From Pseudomonadota bacterium (lineage in GTDB: Bacteria; Bdellovibrionota_B; Oligoflexia; Silvanigrellales; Silvanigrellaceae): DNA of 64,000 bases. The notes under the pieces were generated by a model. The model searched no databases and was not told the DNA's origin. It worked only from the letters and a program-made list of their open reading frames with translations. The stretch covers positions 96,001 to 160,000 of the forward strand of contig JBDLRP010000021.1 in NCBI GenBank assembly GCA_039799905.1, given 5' to 3'. Shown here piece by piece: positions 10,293 to 19,619 of this stretch (its first letter is position 1; every line of letters begins with the position of its first letter). The position numbers and the translations under genes were made by a program.

Positions 10293-10927
10293 AACTGGAA
10301 GATGCTATCCTCACCTATTGCGGCTTCTTGGTCGCAATTACGATGCGTGAAGCAGCGCATGCGATCGTTGCGCGCAAGCTCGGGGATCGTTCTCTGGAAA
10401 CAGAGTCGAGAGCCACACTCAATCCCGTTCCCCACATTGACGTTCTCGGAACAATTGTTCTGCCACTGGTGTTTTTGCTCAGCGGAACTCCCTTCCTGCT
10501 CGGTTGGGCAAAGCCGCTGATGATAGACACCCGCTACTTCAAAAAAATGCGGCGTGACATCAACATCGCCGAAATCGCCGGTCCGGCCACCAACTTCGGA
10601 ATTGCGATTCTCTGTGGTGTCATCGCCATTGCCTCGGGCTACAAAATTCAAATGATGTGGGCGGGCAGTGACCCGGTTCCACGCCTGCTGCTTGCGATTG
10701 CGCAGTCGAACATCGTTATTGGCCTTTTGAATCTGCTTCCCTTTCCAAACTCAAGCGGCTGGCGATTGCTTCTCAATAACATCAACTACAATCTCGGCCA
10801 GAAACTCAACGAGAAGGCAACCATTATCAGCATCGTGATGCTTGTCCTTCTTTTGACAGGTATTCTGAGCCCAATTTTTATGAGTGCTATAGGAATATAT
10901 CTGTACGTCCTCCAGATGTTTGCGTGA
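10289..10927 (+). CDS. Site-2 protease (M50) family protein, catalytic motifs degenerate
   Basis: AITMREAAH..A.KLGD, TLNPVPHIDVLGTI, GWAKP, AGPATN, NLLPFP; ATGA overlap with dedA. Confidence 0.9.
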   Translation: MKLEDAILTYCGFLVAITMREAAHAIVARKLGDRSLETESRATLNPVPHIDVLGTIVLPLVFLLSGTPFLLGWAKPLMIDTRYFKKMRRDINIAEIAGPATNFGIAILCGVIAIASGYKIQMMWAGSDPVPRLLLAIAQSNIVIGLLNLLPFPNSSGWRLLLNNINYNLGQKLNEKATIISIVMLVLLLTGILSPIFMSAIGIYLYVLQMFA

Positions 10928-10957
10928 GAGGACGTCCACTCTCCGCGAGGCCGCCAG

Positions 10958-12013
10958 ATGAAAAACGCCACGTACCACCTCTACTCGCATGCCGATGCGG
11001 ATGGTGGAATCGCCTCCGCAATCTTTATCCGCTTTCTTCGCCATCTCTCGGGCAACAGCGAGCTGCCGGTTGTCATTCATCCCGTCAACCATGGGCCAGA
11101 GCAACCGGAATGGACACAGACAGACCTCAAGTACCCATGTGCGATTTTGGATTTCTCGCTTCATCCAGCCTTGTTGACCGATAAATTCTTCACATCTGCA
11201 GATGGTAAATCGCGCGAGGACCGCAACCTGCCCTGCTTTTGGATTGACCATCATCCGACTGGCAGCGGCATGCCGTTTCTCACAACCGAAAATTGCGACC
11301 AATTTCTGACCAACATCACTTCACTGTGGGATGTCCAAGCAATCAGCACTCCCGGATTGCTGCGCACGCACCATCAAACTCTGGGTATTCCGCGAAGTCT
11401 GATTGAAGAATACGAAGAACTCATCGATCAGGCAGAAATTATTGATGGTGCGCTTTTCGCCAACGCGCAGTCTGCCCATGACTTTTCGAGCGATGCAGTG
11501 AAGCTGCAGACTCTCTTCAGTACCAATCACAAGTCCATCGACAAAACTGCGTTCTACAGGCAACTGGTCAACCAACTTGTAATTTCTCCCAGCATTGATG
11601 ACTTGATGCGCTCTGACCCACTTCTTTGCGCGCTCGTTGAATTCGAGCAAACGCTTGTTTTGCAACAACGACGACTCTACGAAGAGAAAACGACTGTTGA
11701 GAAAAATGTATCACTGAGTCACTTTTTCGACTGGTCCGAGAATAAATCATTCCCTGGTCTGGGAAGATTCATTCCCTATCTGCTCTTTCCCGAAATTCAG
11801 TACGCAGTGCATGTGCAGCCCGCGAAGAACGGTGTCGCTTCAGTGTCGTGCGGAATCAATCCCTGGAACAAGCCAAAATCTGGCGACAAGCATCTTGGCA
11901 ATTACTTTGCAACCCACTTCGGCGGCGGCGGTCATGCTTTTGTTGCCGGTGGCAGGATAACCTCACGAGAAATCCATAAAATCGACGAACTTGTACATTT
12001 TCTCAAAAACTGA
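10958..12013 (+). CDS. DHH/DHHA1 family phosphoesterase
   Basis: HADADG, LDF, IDHH, GGGGH motifs. Confidence 0.85.
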   Translation: MKNATYHLYSHADADGGIASAIFIRFLRHLSGNSELPVVIHPVNHGPEQPEWTQTDLKYPCAILDFSLHPALLTDKFFTSADGKSREDRNLPCFWIDHHPTGSGMPFLTTENCDQFLTNITSLWDVQAISTPGLLRTHHQTLGIPRSLIEEYEELIDQAEIIDGALFANAQSAHDFSSDAVKLQTLFSTNHKSIDKTAFYRQLVNQLVISPSIDDLMRSDPLLCALVEFEQTLVLQQRRLYEEKTTVEKNVSLSHFFDWSENKSFPGLGRFIPYLLFPEIQYAVHVQPAKNGVASVSCGINPWNKPKSGDKHLGNYFATHFGGGGHAFVAGGRITSREIHKIDELVHFLKN

Positions 12014-12080
12014 TCGTGTTGTTACCTTGAGCAAGTATCGATAAGCTTTCGGGGTCCACCCAACCAACTGTGAGGACTCC

Positions 12081-14453
12081 ATGGAACAGGCTTTTCATTT
12101 TAAAAAAGTGGCGGTACTCGGCGCCGGTGTGATGGGAGCCCAGATTGCCGCCCATCTTGCCAATGCCAACGTCGAAGTTGTCCTTTTTGATCTTCCAGCA
12201 AAGGAAGGCGATAAAAACGGAATCGTGCAAAAGTCGCTTGCCAACCTGCAGAAATTGGAACCGACGCCGTTTTCAGTCAAAAGCAAGGCCAATGACATTC
12301 AGGCTGCCAACTATGAAACGGATCTCACACGCCTGCAGAGTTGCGACCTCATCATTGAAGCTATTTCAGAGCGCATGGACTGGAAGGCAGACCTTTATAA
12401 AAAAGTTGGTCCACATATCTCCGAGAAAGCAATCTTTGCAACCAATACATCGGGATTGAGTCTTAAGGCACTTTGCGAGCATCTTCCGAGTCAGCTGCGC
12501 CCGCGTTTTTGCGGCGTGCATTTCTTCAATCCGCCGCGCTACATGGCGCTGGTGGAAATCATCCCCGCTCCAACCACAAACGCTGAAGCGATGGACCAGC
12601 TGGAAGCTTTTCTCACCACGACTTTGGGCAAGAGCGTCGTGCGCGCAAAAGACACTCCCAATTTCATCGCCAACCGCATCGGTGTGTTTTCGATGCTGGC
12701 GACTCTTCACCACGCCAGCAAATTCAAACTCGGATGCGATGAAGTCGACGCACTCACAGGCCCTGTAATCGGCCGTGCCAAAAGTGCAACCTACCGCACA
12801 GCCGACGTGGTCGGTCTGGACACATTTGCACACGTCGTGAAGACCATGTCCGACACTCTTCCAGATGATCCCTGGCGGGAAATTTTTGTTTTGCCTGACT
12901 GGGTCAAAGCACTGATTGAAAAAGGTGCGCACGGACAAAAAACCGGAGCCGGCGTCTACAAGAAGGTAGGCAAGGAAATCATGGTTTTTGATTCCGTCAA
13001 AGGCGACTACCGACCTTCTGCTGGAAGCGTGGCCTCGGAGGTTGAAGCAGTCCTGAAAATCAAAAATCCGGCTGAGAAAATGCAAAAGCTGCGCGAATGC
13101 CAGCATCCTCAGGCGCAATTCCTGTGGGCGATTTTCAGAGATCTTTTCCACTACTGCGCTGTCCAGTCGGAGAACATCTGCCATAACCTCCGCGATCTTG
13201 ATTTTGCGGTGCGCTGGGGCTTCGGTTGGAGCGCAGGACCATTTGAGAGCTGGCAGGCATCAGGCTGGCAGAACGTTGCAAACTGGATTCAAGAGGACAT
13301 CAAAGCAGGAAAAACAATCGCGCAAGCAGCCCTTCCCGCATGGTCTCTGGAAAGTTCACGCACAGGCGTGCACAGCAACGAGGGGTCCTATTCCCCGAGC
13401 CAGAAAGCTGTCGCAGCACGTCCCAAAAACGCACTGCACGCACGACAGATTTTTCCAGAAAAACTCATCGGCGAAACCACTGAGTTCGGCAAAACTTTGT
13501 GGGAAAATGACGGCGTCCGGCTGTGGACGACCGGCGACGACATCGGAATCTTGTCTTTCAAGAGCAAGATGCACGCAATAGGTCAGGAAGTTCTCGACGG
13601 AGTCATCAAGTCGGTGGCCTATTCTGAACAGAACCTCAAGGCGATGGTTCTCTGGCAGACGGAACAACCTTTCAGCGCAGGAGCCAATCTGGCGCAGGTG
13701 AGCGGACTTCTTGCAGCAAAGAACTACACCGCGGCTGAGGCCATGGTAAAAACCTTTCAGGATGCTTCGCAGGCTCTCAAGTACTCGATGGTGCCGACCG
13801 TCGCGGCAGTGAGCGGACTCGCCTTGGGCGGCGGCTGTGAATTTGTCATGCATTCCGCGAAGGCTGTCGTCGCACTAGAAACGTATATGGGACTCGTTGA
13901 AGCAGGAGTCGGTTTGATTCCCGCTGGCGGCGGCTGCAAAGAACTCGCATTGCGTGCCGCTCAATCTGCGCGCGGCGGAAACATTTTTCATTTCGTAAAA
14001 ATGGCTTTCGAAACAATCGCCATGGCTCAGGTCTCGCGCAGTGGAGAACACGCGCGCGAGCTTGGACTGCTGCGACCAACCGACATGATTGTCTTCAACC
14101 CAAATGAGTTGCTTTACATTGCCAAACAGCAGGCTGCCGCAATGGCTCAATCGGGGTACCGTCCGCCGCTCCGCCCGCGCGACATTCAAGTGACGGGCAA
14201 GGGCGGAATTGCTACGCTCAAAATGATTATCGCCAACATGCTCGAAGGCAAGTTTATCAGCGAACACGATGCCGCAATCGCCGAACGCACCGCGACAGTC
14301 CTGTGCGGCGGTCATGTGGAAGGTGGTTCACTTGTCAGTGAAGACTGGCTGCTTGAACTTGAGCGCAGTTTGTTTGTTGAATTACTCAAAACTGAAAAAA
14401 CTCAGGCCCGCATCGACTATATGTTGAAAAACGGAAAACCACTGCGCAATTAA
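12081..14453 (+). CDS. 3-hydroxyacyl-CoA dehydrogenase/enoyl-CoA hydratase (FadN-type)
   Basis: GAGVMG Rossmann, TNTSG, HFFNPPRY, PNFIANRIG, C-terminal crotonase FSAGANL/GGGCE, GKPLRN end. Confidence 0.95.
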   Translation: MEQAFHFKKVAVLGAGVMGAQIAAHLANANVEVVLFDLPAKEGDKNGIVQKSLANLQKLEPTPFSVKSKANDIQAANYETDLTRLQSCDLIIEAISERMDWKADLYKKVGPHISEKAIFATNTSGLSLKALCEHLPSQLRPRFCGVHFFNPPRYMALVEIIPAPTTNAEAMDQLEAFLTTTLGKSVVRAKDTPNFIANRIGVFSMLATLHHASKFKLGCDEVDALTGPVIGRAKSATYRTADVVGLDTFAHVVKTMSDTLPDDPWREIFVLPDWVKALIEKGAHGQKTGAGVYKKVGKEIMVFDSVKGDYRPSAGSVASEVEAVLKIKNPAEKMQKLRECQHPQAQFLWAIFRDLFHYCAVQSENICHNLRDLDFAVRWGFGWSAGPFESWQASGWQNVANWIQEDIKAGKTIAQAALPAWSLESSRTGVHSNEGSYSPSQKAVAARPKNALHARQIFPEKLIGETTEFGKTLWENDGVRLWTTGDDIGILSFKSKMHAIGQEVLDGVIKSVAYSEQNLKAMVLWQTEQPFSAGANLAQVSGLLAAKNYTAAEAMVKTFQDASQALKYSMVPTVAAVSGLALGGGCEFVMHSAKAVVALETYMGLVEAGVGLIPAGGGCKELALRAAQSARGGNIFHFVKMAFETIAMAQVSRSGEHARELGLLRPTDMIVFNPNELLYIAKQQAAAMAQSGYRPPLRPRDIQVTGKGGIATLKMIIANMLEGKFISEHDAAIAERTATVLCGGHVEGGSLVSEDWLLELERSLFVELLKTEKTQARIDYMLKNGKPLRN

Positions 14454-14486
14454 ACCGAGTTTCTGCAAAGGAAGGATGAACCCGTC

Positions 14487-15686
14487 ATGACAGTTAAAAC
14501 TCGCGACGCTTATATTGTCTCAGCTCTGCGCACTCCGGTCGGCAAAGCACCACGCGGTGCGCTGCGCAACACGCGTCCGGATGACCTGCTCGCGCTTGTC
14601 CTGAAATCGGTTGCCGGCTCGGTTGCCGGACTCAACCTGAATGAGATCGGCGACGTCGTCGTCGGATGCGCAATGCCCGAAGCAGAACAAGGTATGAACG
14701 TCGCCCGCATTGGCCTCCTGCTGGCAGGACTTCCAAACACAGTCCCTGGAATCACCGTCAACAGATTTTGTTCGTCAGGACTTCAGGCCATTGCCTATGC
14801 AGCAGATAAGATCCGCTTGGGTGAAGCTGATGTGATGATCGCAGCCGGCACCGAAAGTATGAGCCTCATCCCAATGATGGGCCACAAGGTTGTGATGAAT
14901 CCCAAAGTCTTTGAGAACAACGAAAACCTTGGCATCGCATATGGTATGGGCATCACCGCCGAGCGTGTTGCCAGCCAATGGAAGGTGACCCGCGAAGCGC
15001 AGGACGCCTTTGCACTTGAAAGTCACCGCCGCGCCGTCGCTGCATGGCAGGCAGGCGAGTTTGCAAACGAGATCGTGCCTGTGGATGTTGAAGAAAGCCT
15101 GCTTGACGCAAGTGGCATGAAAATCAAAACGAGCCGCACAACACTCAGCAAAGACGAAGGACCGCGCGCAGAGTCAACTCTTGAATCTTTGGCGAAACTC
15201 AAACCCGTCTTTTCTGCTCAGGGCAGCGTCACGGCGGGCAACAGTTCACAGATGTCCGACGGAGCCGCGGCTGTGTTGTTGATGAGTGAGGAGGCTGTCA
15301 AACGCTACAATGTTCAACCGATGGCGCGATTTGTTTCTTATGCAATTGCCGGAGTGCCGCCCGACATCATGGGAATCGGCCCCAAAGAGGCAATTCCGCG
15401 CGCGCTGAAAATGGCAGGTTTGACTCAAAATCAGATGGACTGGATCGAACTCAACGAGGCCTTCGCTGCGCAGAGCCTAGCGGTCATCAATGACCTCGGG
15501 TTGGATCCTGCTAAGGTCAATCCGCTCGGTGGCGCCATCGCATTGGGTCACCCGCTGGGAGCGACGGGTGCAATTCGAATGGCGACTCTGGCTCACGGCC
15601 TGCGCAGACGACAGCAAAAATACGGCATGATCACGATGTGCATCGGCACAGGGATGGGTGCCGCCGGAATCTTCGAATCGCTTTGA
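14487..15686 (+). CDS. fadA: Acetyl-CoA C-acyltransferase (3-ketoacyl-CoA thiolase)
   Basis: NRFCSSG, NEAFA, GHPLGATG, CIGTGMG. Confidence 0.95.
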   Translation: MTVKTRDAYIVSALRTPVGKAPRGALRNTRPDDLLALVLKSVAGSVAGLNLNEIGDVVVGCAMPEAEQGMNVARIGLLLAGLPNTVPGITVNRFCSSGLQAIAYAADKIRLGEADVMIAAGTESMSLIPMMGHKVVMNPKVFENNENLGIAYGMGITAERVASQWKVTREAQDAFALESHRRAVAAWQAGEFANEIVPVDVEESLLDASGMKIKTSRTTLSKDEGPRAESTLESLAKLKPVFSAQGSVTAGNSSQMSDGAAAVLLMSEEAVKRYNVQPMARFVSYAIAGVPPDIMGIGPKEAIPRALKMAGLTQNQMDWIELNEAFAAQSLAVINDLGLDPAKVNPLGGAIALGHPLGATGAIRMATLAHGLRRRQQKYGMITMCIGTGMGAAGIFESL

Positions 15687-15811
15687 TTCTTGCATTACGG
15701 ACAGGCAACCCAAGAACACTTGGCAACTGCAAAACACCGTTTATATTGTCAAACAGCGCCCTGCTGCGGTCGAATTCGGCAGGGCAGCACTCTTTATGAG
15801 GTAAAGACAAA

Positions 15812-17416
15812 ATGATGCGGGACTCAAAATTGATGTCCAAAGTGAGCGGTACGATCATGAGAGGAACAAAACGAATCGCCATTGCAGCTGCTGCGACTTG
15901 CGCAGTTTTCGGACTGGTTTCCGGTGGCGTACTCTTGTTTGCACCAGATAAACTTGAAGACGTGCAAAATTCACTGACAGCTCTCGGTTCCAAAGGATAC
16001 AGGCTGCCAGACGTGCCGCCCATTCCCCACAGCTCTGAGCAAGAAATACGAACGCTCAAAACCTTCTCCAAAGTGTTCGTCAATCTTGCCAAACAAAGCC
16101 GACCGGCACTGGTGTTCATCAAAACAAAACGCGAAGTTCAAGGCCGCGGACGGGGAGGTTTTCCCTTTCCCGATGAATTCTTTTTCCCCTTCTTCCCGCC
16201 GGGGGGCGGACCACGTGAGCGTGGACAACAGGAAGCCGCAGGCTCGGGTTTCATCGTTGACCTCAAAAATGGCTACGTGATGACAAACAATCACGTTGTT
16301 CAGGAGGCCAGCGACATTACCGTGCAGACGTTCGATGATAGAAAATTCAAAGCCAAACTCGTCGGGAGTGAACCATCCGTCGACGTCGCAGTTCTGAAAA
16401 TGGAAGGTTTCTCATCTGGATCCCTGCGTCAGCTGGGGCTTGCCGATTCCGACGATGTCGAGGTCGGAGATTGGGTTGTCGCTCTTGGTGCACCCTTTTC
16501 GTTACCACAAACCCTGACTGTCGGAGTGGTGAGTGCGCTGGGACGCGGCGGAGTTTTGGGAGGCGGTGCTCTCGAAGATTTCATTCAAACAGACGCAGCA
16601 ATCAACCCCGGAAACTCTGGTGGCCCATTGCTCAACCTCGACGGAAAAGTGATTGGCATCAATACTGCGATTAGCTCTCCGACGGGAAGTTCGGCGGGAA
16701 TCGGATTTGCAGTACCGGCGAACATGGCCAAACTGGCCGCCGAGATGCTCATCAACGACGGTCGAGTCATCCGCGGCTTTTTGGGCATCGACGGGCGTGA
16801 CTTCAACGAACTTAGCCCTGATGTTCTGCGTGAACTTAAACTCAATGAAGACAGCCCGGGAACGATGATTGTCGGAGTTGTGAAAGGAAGCCCCGCAGAA
16901 AGGGCAGAACTCAAGCCATATGATGTCATTCAGACTCTCAACGGCTCACCGATTGCGAGCTTCTCTCAGTTGCGCACACGTTTGGCGTTCACCAAACCCG
17001 GAACGGAAGTTCGGCTCGGCATTTTGCGCGACGGCAAACAAATGGAAGTCAAAGTCAAGATCAGCCAGCTGAGTCCTGAAGTGGCTCGCAGAGATACTTC
17101 GGATGAGGGTGAGAATGGCTCGGGCGTTGCAAGTGAATTCGGACTGTCGCTCAAATCCTTGAACGGCGAATTGAGAAAGCAACTTGGCATCAGAGCGGCG
17201 CAGGGCGTTCTCGTTGTCGGAGTTGCAGAGGACAGCTACGCAGCCTCTGTTGGCCTCAGAAGAGGCGACGTCATTACGGAAATAAATCGCAAGACGGTCA
17301 AGACCGCGAAGGATATCGAGGCGGCATTGAAGAGCTCGAAAGACAAACCGCGTGACCTGCTGTTTTTGATTGAACGCAACGGCAGAAATCAACTGATAGT
17401 CCTGCGGCAACGATAA
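15812..17416 (+). CDS. degP: HtrA/DegP/Do serine protease with two PDZ domains
   Basis: GSGFIV, TNNHVV, DVAVLK, IQTDAAINPGNSGG, two PDZ domains; start uncertain. Confidence 0.93.
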   Translation: MMRDSKLMSKVSGTIMRGTKRIAIAAAATCAVFGLVSGGVLLFAPDKLEDVQNSLTALGSKGYRLPDVPPIPHSSEQEIRTLKTFSKVFVNLAKQSRPALVFIKTKREVQGRGRGGFPFPDEFFFPFFPPGGGPRERGQQEAAGSGFIVDLKNGYVMTNNHVVQEASDITVQTFDDRKFKAKLVGSEPSVDVAVLKMEGFSSGSLRQLGLADSDDVEVGDWVVALGAPFSLPQTLTVGVVSALGRGGVLGGGALEDFIQTDAAINPGNSGGPLLNLDGKVIGINTAISSPTGSSAGIGFAVPANMAKLAAEMLINDGRVIRGFLGIDGRDFNELSPDVLRELKLNEDSPGTMIVGVVKGSPAERAELKPYDVIQTLNGSPIASFSQLRTRLAFTKPGTEVRLGILRDGKQMEVKVKISQLSPEVARRDTSDEGENGSGVASEFGLSLKSLNGELRKQLGIRAAQGVLVVGVAEDSYAASVGLRRGDVITEINRKTVKTAKDIEAALKSSKDKPRDLLFLIERNGRNQLIVLRQR

Positions 17417-17437
17417 TCTTCATTGTTCGGGGGCCCC

Positions 17438-18481
17438 ATGACGGAGTTTTCCGCTCACCGCAGACCATCCACCTCGGTTCAGGTGATCGGCATTCACGTC
17501 GGGGGCGTTTCGACACAAAAATCGTCGCTGGTGCGCGCCCGTTGCACTGTCAAAGAAATCCAATCAGGAATCACCGAGCAGCGACTGCATCAACTTATTT
17601 GCAAGCGAATTCAGGATTGCCTGCCAGGAATTCCTCCTGCTGCTGCGGGAACGCATTTCGAGGCTGACTCGGAACATTTCAACAACTCGCCCCTGTTTTG
17701 GGAAGCGTTCTCATCCGAGCTGGGGCCTGCGTCCTACACCGATTCTGATTCAAGACTTTTACAGACAATTCAAGATTTGGGCGGTGCACAGATTTTTTGT
17801 CTAGATGCTCCGCTCACATTCCCGCAGTGCACGCACTGCGTTCGTGCATGCCCCGGAGTGCCGCAATGCCCGGAGCCAGCCGTTCAGGGGCTGATGACAC
17901 TTTGGCAGGAAGACAAAGACAGCGACACAAAACGCCCGCGTATGCCCTTACCTCACACGGAACGCTATTTTGAGGCCTATGCACGAAGGCGATACGAGCA
18001 CCCAGGCATGACCGGTTCGCTCGACATAGAAAGCGTATTATCGAGTAATAAAGCACCGCTCTCGGCCCGTGCACATCACCTGTCACGCCGCTTGCGGGCA
18101 GCCTTCCCAACTTCAATTATTGTTGAAACACATCCATGGCTGGCTGCGATCGGCTGGTCATTGCATTGCGGGTACAGGCTCAACCACGTGATGGAGCTGC
18201 GCCAACCCGACTCGGGACGCGTTGCTCGCACAGGACTATTGAAAAAGTTGGAACTATCGCGGACAGCTCTGAGATCGGCATCATTTGTTGAAGATCTTTT
18301 TCTTGAACTTGGTGACCACGTCGAGATATTCGCTGCAGCAATGGCGGCTATGAGCGGTTGGGGACTCGTCAATGGCCTCTGTGATATCCAGCCTGTATTC
18401 GTCGATCAGGGTCAAATCGACCCTTTGCAAGGATGGGCACTCGTACCTCGGGAATTGGCAACTTATGGTTGGGGTCACTGA
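17438..18481 (+). CDS. DUF429-like (RNase H fold) protein with four-Cys insert
   Basis: VIGIHVGG, LDAPL, TER, IVETHP motifs; CxxCxxxCPGxxxC. Confidence 0.65.
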   Translation: MTEFSAHRRPSTSVQVIGIHVGGVSTQKSSLVRARCTVKEIQSGITEQRLHQLICKRIQDCLPGIPPAAAGTHFEADSEHFNNSPLFWEAFSSELGPASYTDSDSRLLQTIQDLGGAQIFCLDAPLTFPQCTHCVRACPGVPQCPEPAVQGLMTLWQEDKDSDTKRPRMPLPHTERYFEAYARRRYEHPGMTGSLDIESVLSSNKAPLSARAHHLSRRLRAAFPTSIIVETHPWLAAIGWSLHCGYRLNHVMELRQPDSGRVARTGLLKKLELSRTALRSASFVEDLFLELGDHVEIFAAAMAAMSGWGLVNGLCDIQPVFVDQGQIDPLQGWALVPRELATYGWGH

Positions 18482-18860
18482 CATCAAATCACTGAGCGGA
18501 TGGATTCTTCCGGATGGCCTTTGGCAGCCGGCCGAAGAGTGGTGGCATGTATCTGCTCTCTATGACCTTCAGGACCAATACCCGCAGCACTTCACCGACT
18601 CACTGAAAGAGGCTCTGGGCAGCGGCGATGAGGCGCGTATCCGGCGCTCGGCTTCAGAGGCAGGCTTTATCAAAATTTCCCGCCAGCAGTTCGATTTGAT
18701 TTCAATCACAATAAGCCAGCTGCGCACGCTGCAAAAGCTTATTGAATACATTGATCCGGAAGACGAATTCATCGTTCTGCTCGAACATGGCATGCGACAA
18801 AAAACAATCGCCGTTGAACGGCTGCTTAAGCTCAAATCCGTGCAACCGCTCATTTCCTAA
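18465..18860 (+). CDS. Hypothetical protein
   Basis: ORF overlapping the upstream stop by 17 nt, ending before a terminator; GWILPDG...WH...GFIKI. Confidence 0.7.
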   Translation: MVGVTDIKSLSGWILPDGLWQPAEEWWHVSALYDLQDQYPQHFTDSLKEALGSGDEARIRRSASEAGFIKISRQQFDLISITISQLRTLQKLIEYIDPEDEFIVLLEHGMRQKTIAVERLLKLKSVQPLIS

Positions 18861-18884
18861 AAAACATGCCTGATCGGCTCAATC

Positions 18885-18932
18885 AAAACGAACCCGCATC
18901 AAGCACGGCATGCTTCATGCGGGTTTGTTTTT
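18885..18932. terminator. Bidirectional intrinsic terminator
   Basis: AAAACGAACCCGCAT.AAGCA...TGCTT.ATGCGGGTTTGTTTTT between convergent genes. Confidence 0.8.
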
Positions 18933-18964
18933 GCTTCAGGAAAATCAGTGCTGCGCGAACTGAC

Positions 18965-19417
18965 TCAGTTGGCTGGCGATGGCGCAGGTGCAGCCGGCGT
19001 CGCCGCCTCGGCAGCAGGGCTCACGGCTGGAGCTGCAGCATCAGCTGCAGGCTGCGCGGCCGCGGTAGGCGAAACTGCGGCGGCGGGTGTCTGGTCGGCA
19101 GCAGCGGTGGGAGACGCCTGTGGAACAGGCGTTGCCGGAGCCGTCAGAGCGGAATCCAACTCACGGCTGACACCAAACTTCTCGTGTGTCTTGACCCAAG
19201 CCAAGGCGGTAGAAAGAAAAAAGAAGGCCGCACCGAAAATCCACGTGGCGCGAACAATCAGCGCAACTCCGCCTGAAGCACCGAAAAATCCAGCAGAATT
19301 CCCGCCACCGAAGGCCGATCCAATGCCGCCTTCATTGCCATGCTGCAGAGCAATAATAAGAACGATGAGCACGACGCTGACGAAGATAAGGAGAGCTGTG
19401 AGAAGCCCAACGAGCAT
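18965..19417 (-). CDS. secG: Preprotein translocase subunit SecG with Ala/Pro-rich tail
   Basis: TM-LQ.G..GGIGSAFGGG...FGASG...RATWI-TM. Confidence 0.92.
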   Translation of the reverse strand: MLVGLLTALLIFVSVVLIVLIIALQHGNEGGIGSAFGGGNSAGFFGASGGVALIVRATWIFGAAFFFLSTALAWVKTHEKFGVSRELDSALTAPATPVPQASPTAAADQTPAAAVSPTAAAQPAADAAAPAVSPAAEAATPAAPAPSPAN

Positions 19418-19619
19418 ACGATCTAACCCCCGACGACCGGAATTCCGGATTCAAACTCCGTGCTATGGCACAAACCTCGGGCCGACTCAAGTTCCACCCC
19501 TGCCCGCAACCCTGCCGATTGAATAGTTTCCCTTTACCTTTGTGGCGTTTCGCCTTATGCCTTTTTAGTCTGTCCCAAACCACAGGTCCGCCTGTCGACC
19601 CACAAGTGAGATATTTAGA

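Noticed and set aside
15687..15811. SigmaE promoter or RNA thermometer upstream of degP
   Set aside because: A hairpin exists (GCCCTGCTG/CGGCAGGGC) but does not cover the RBS, and no convincing GGAACTT-N16-TCAAA match was found.
5597..18932. Similar hairpins at 5597 and 18885 as a REP or MITE family
   Set aside because: Only two loosely similar copies, both between convergent genes; explained as bidirectional terminators.
18866..19526. Plus-strand ORFs (136 and 192 aa) over secG
   Set aside because: Antisense shadows of the Ala/Pro-rich secG tail.
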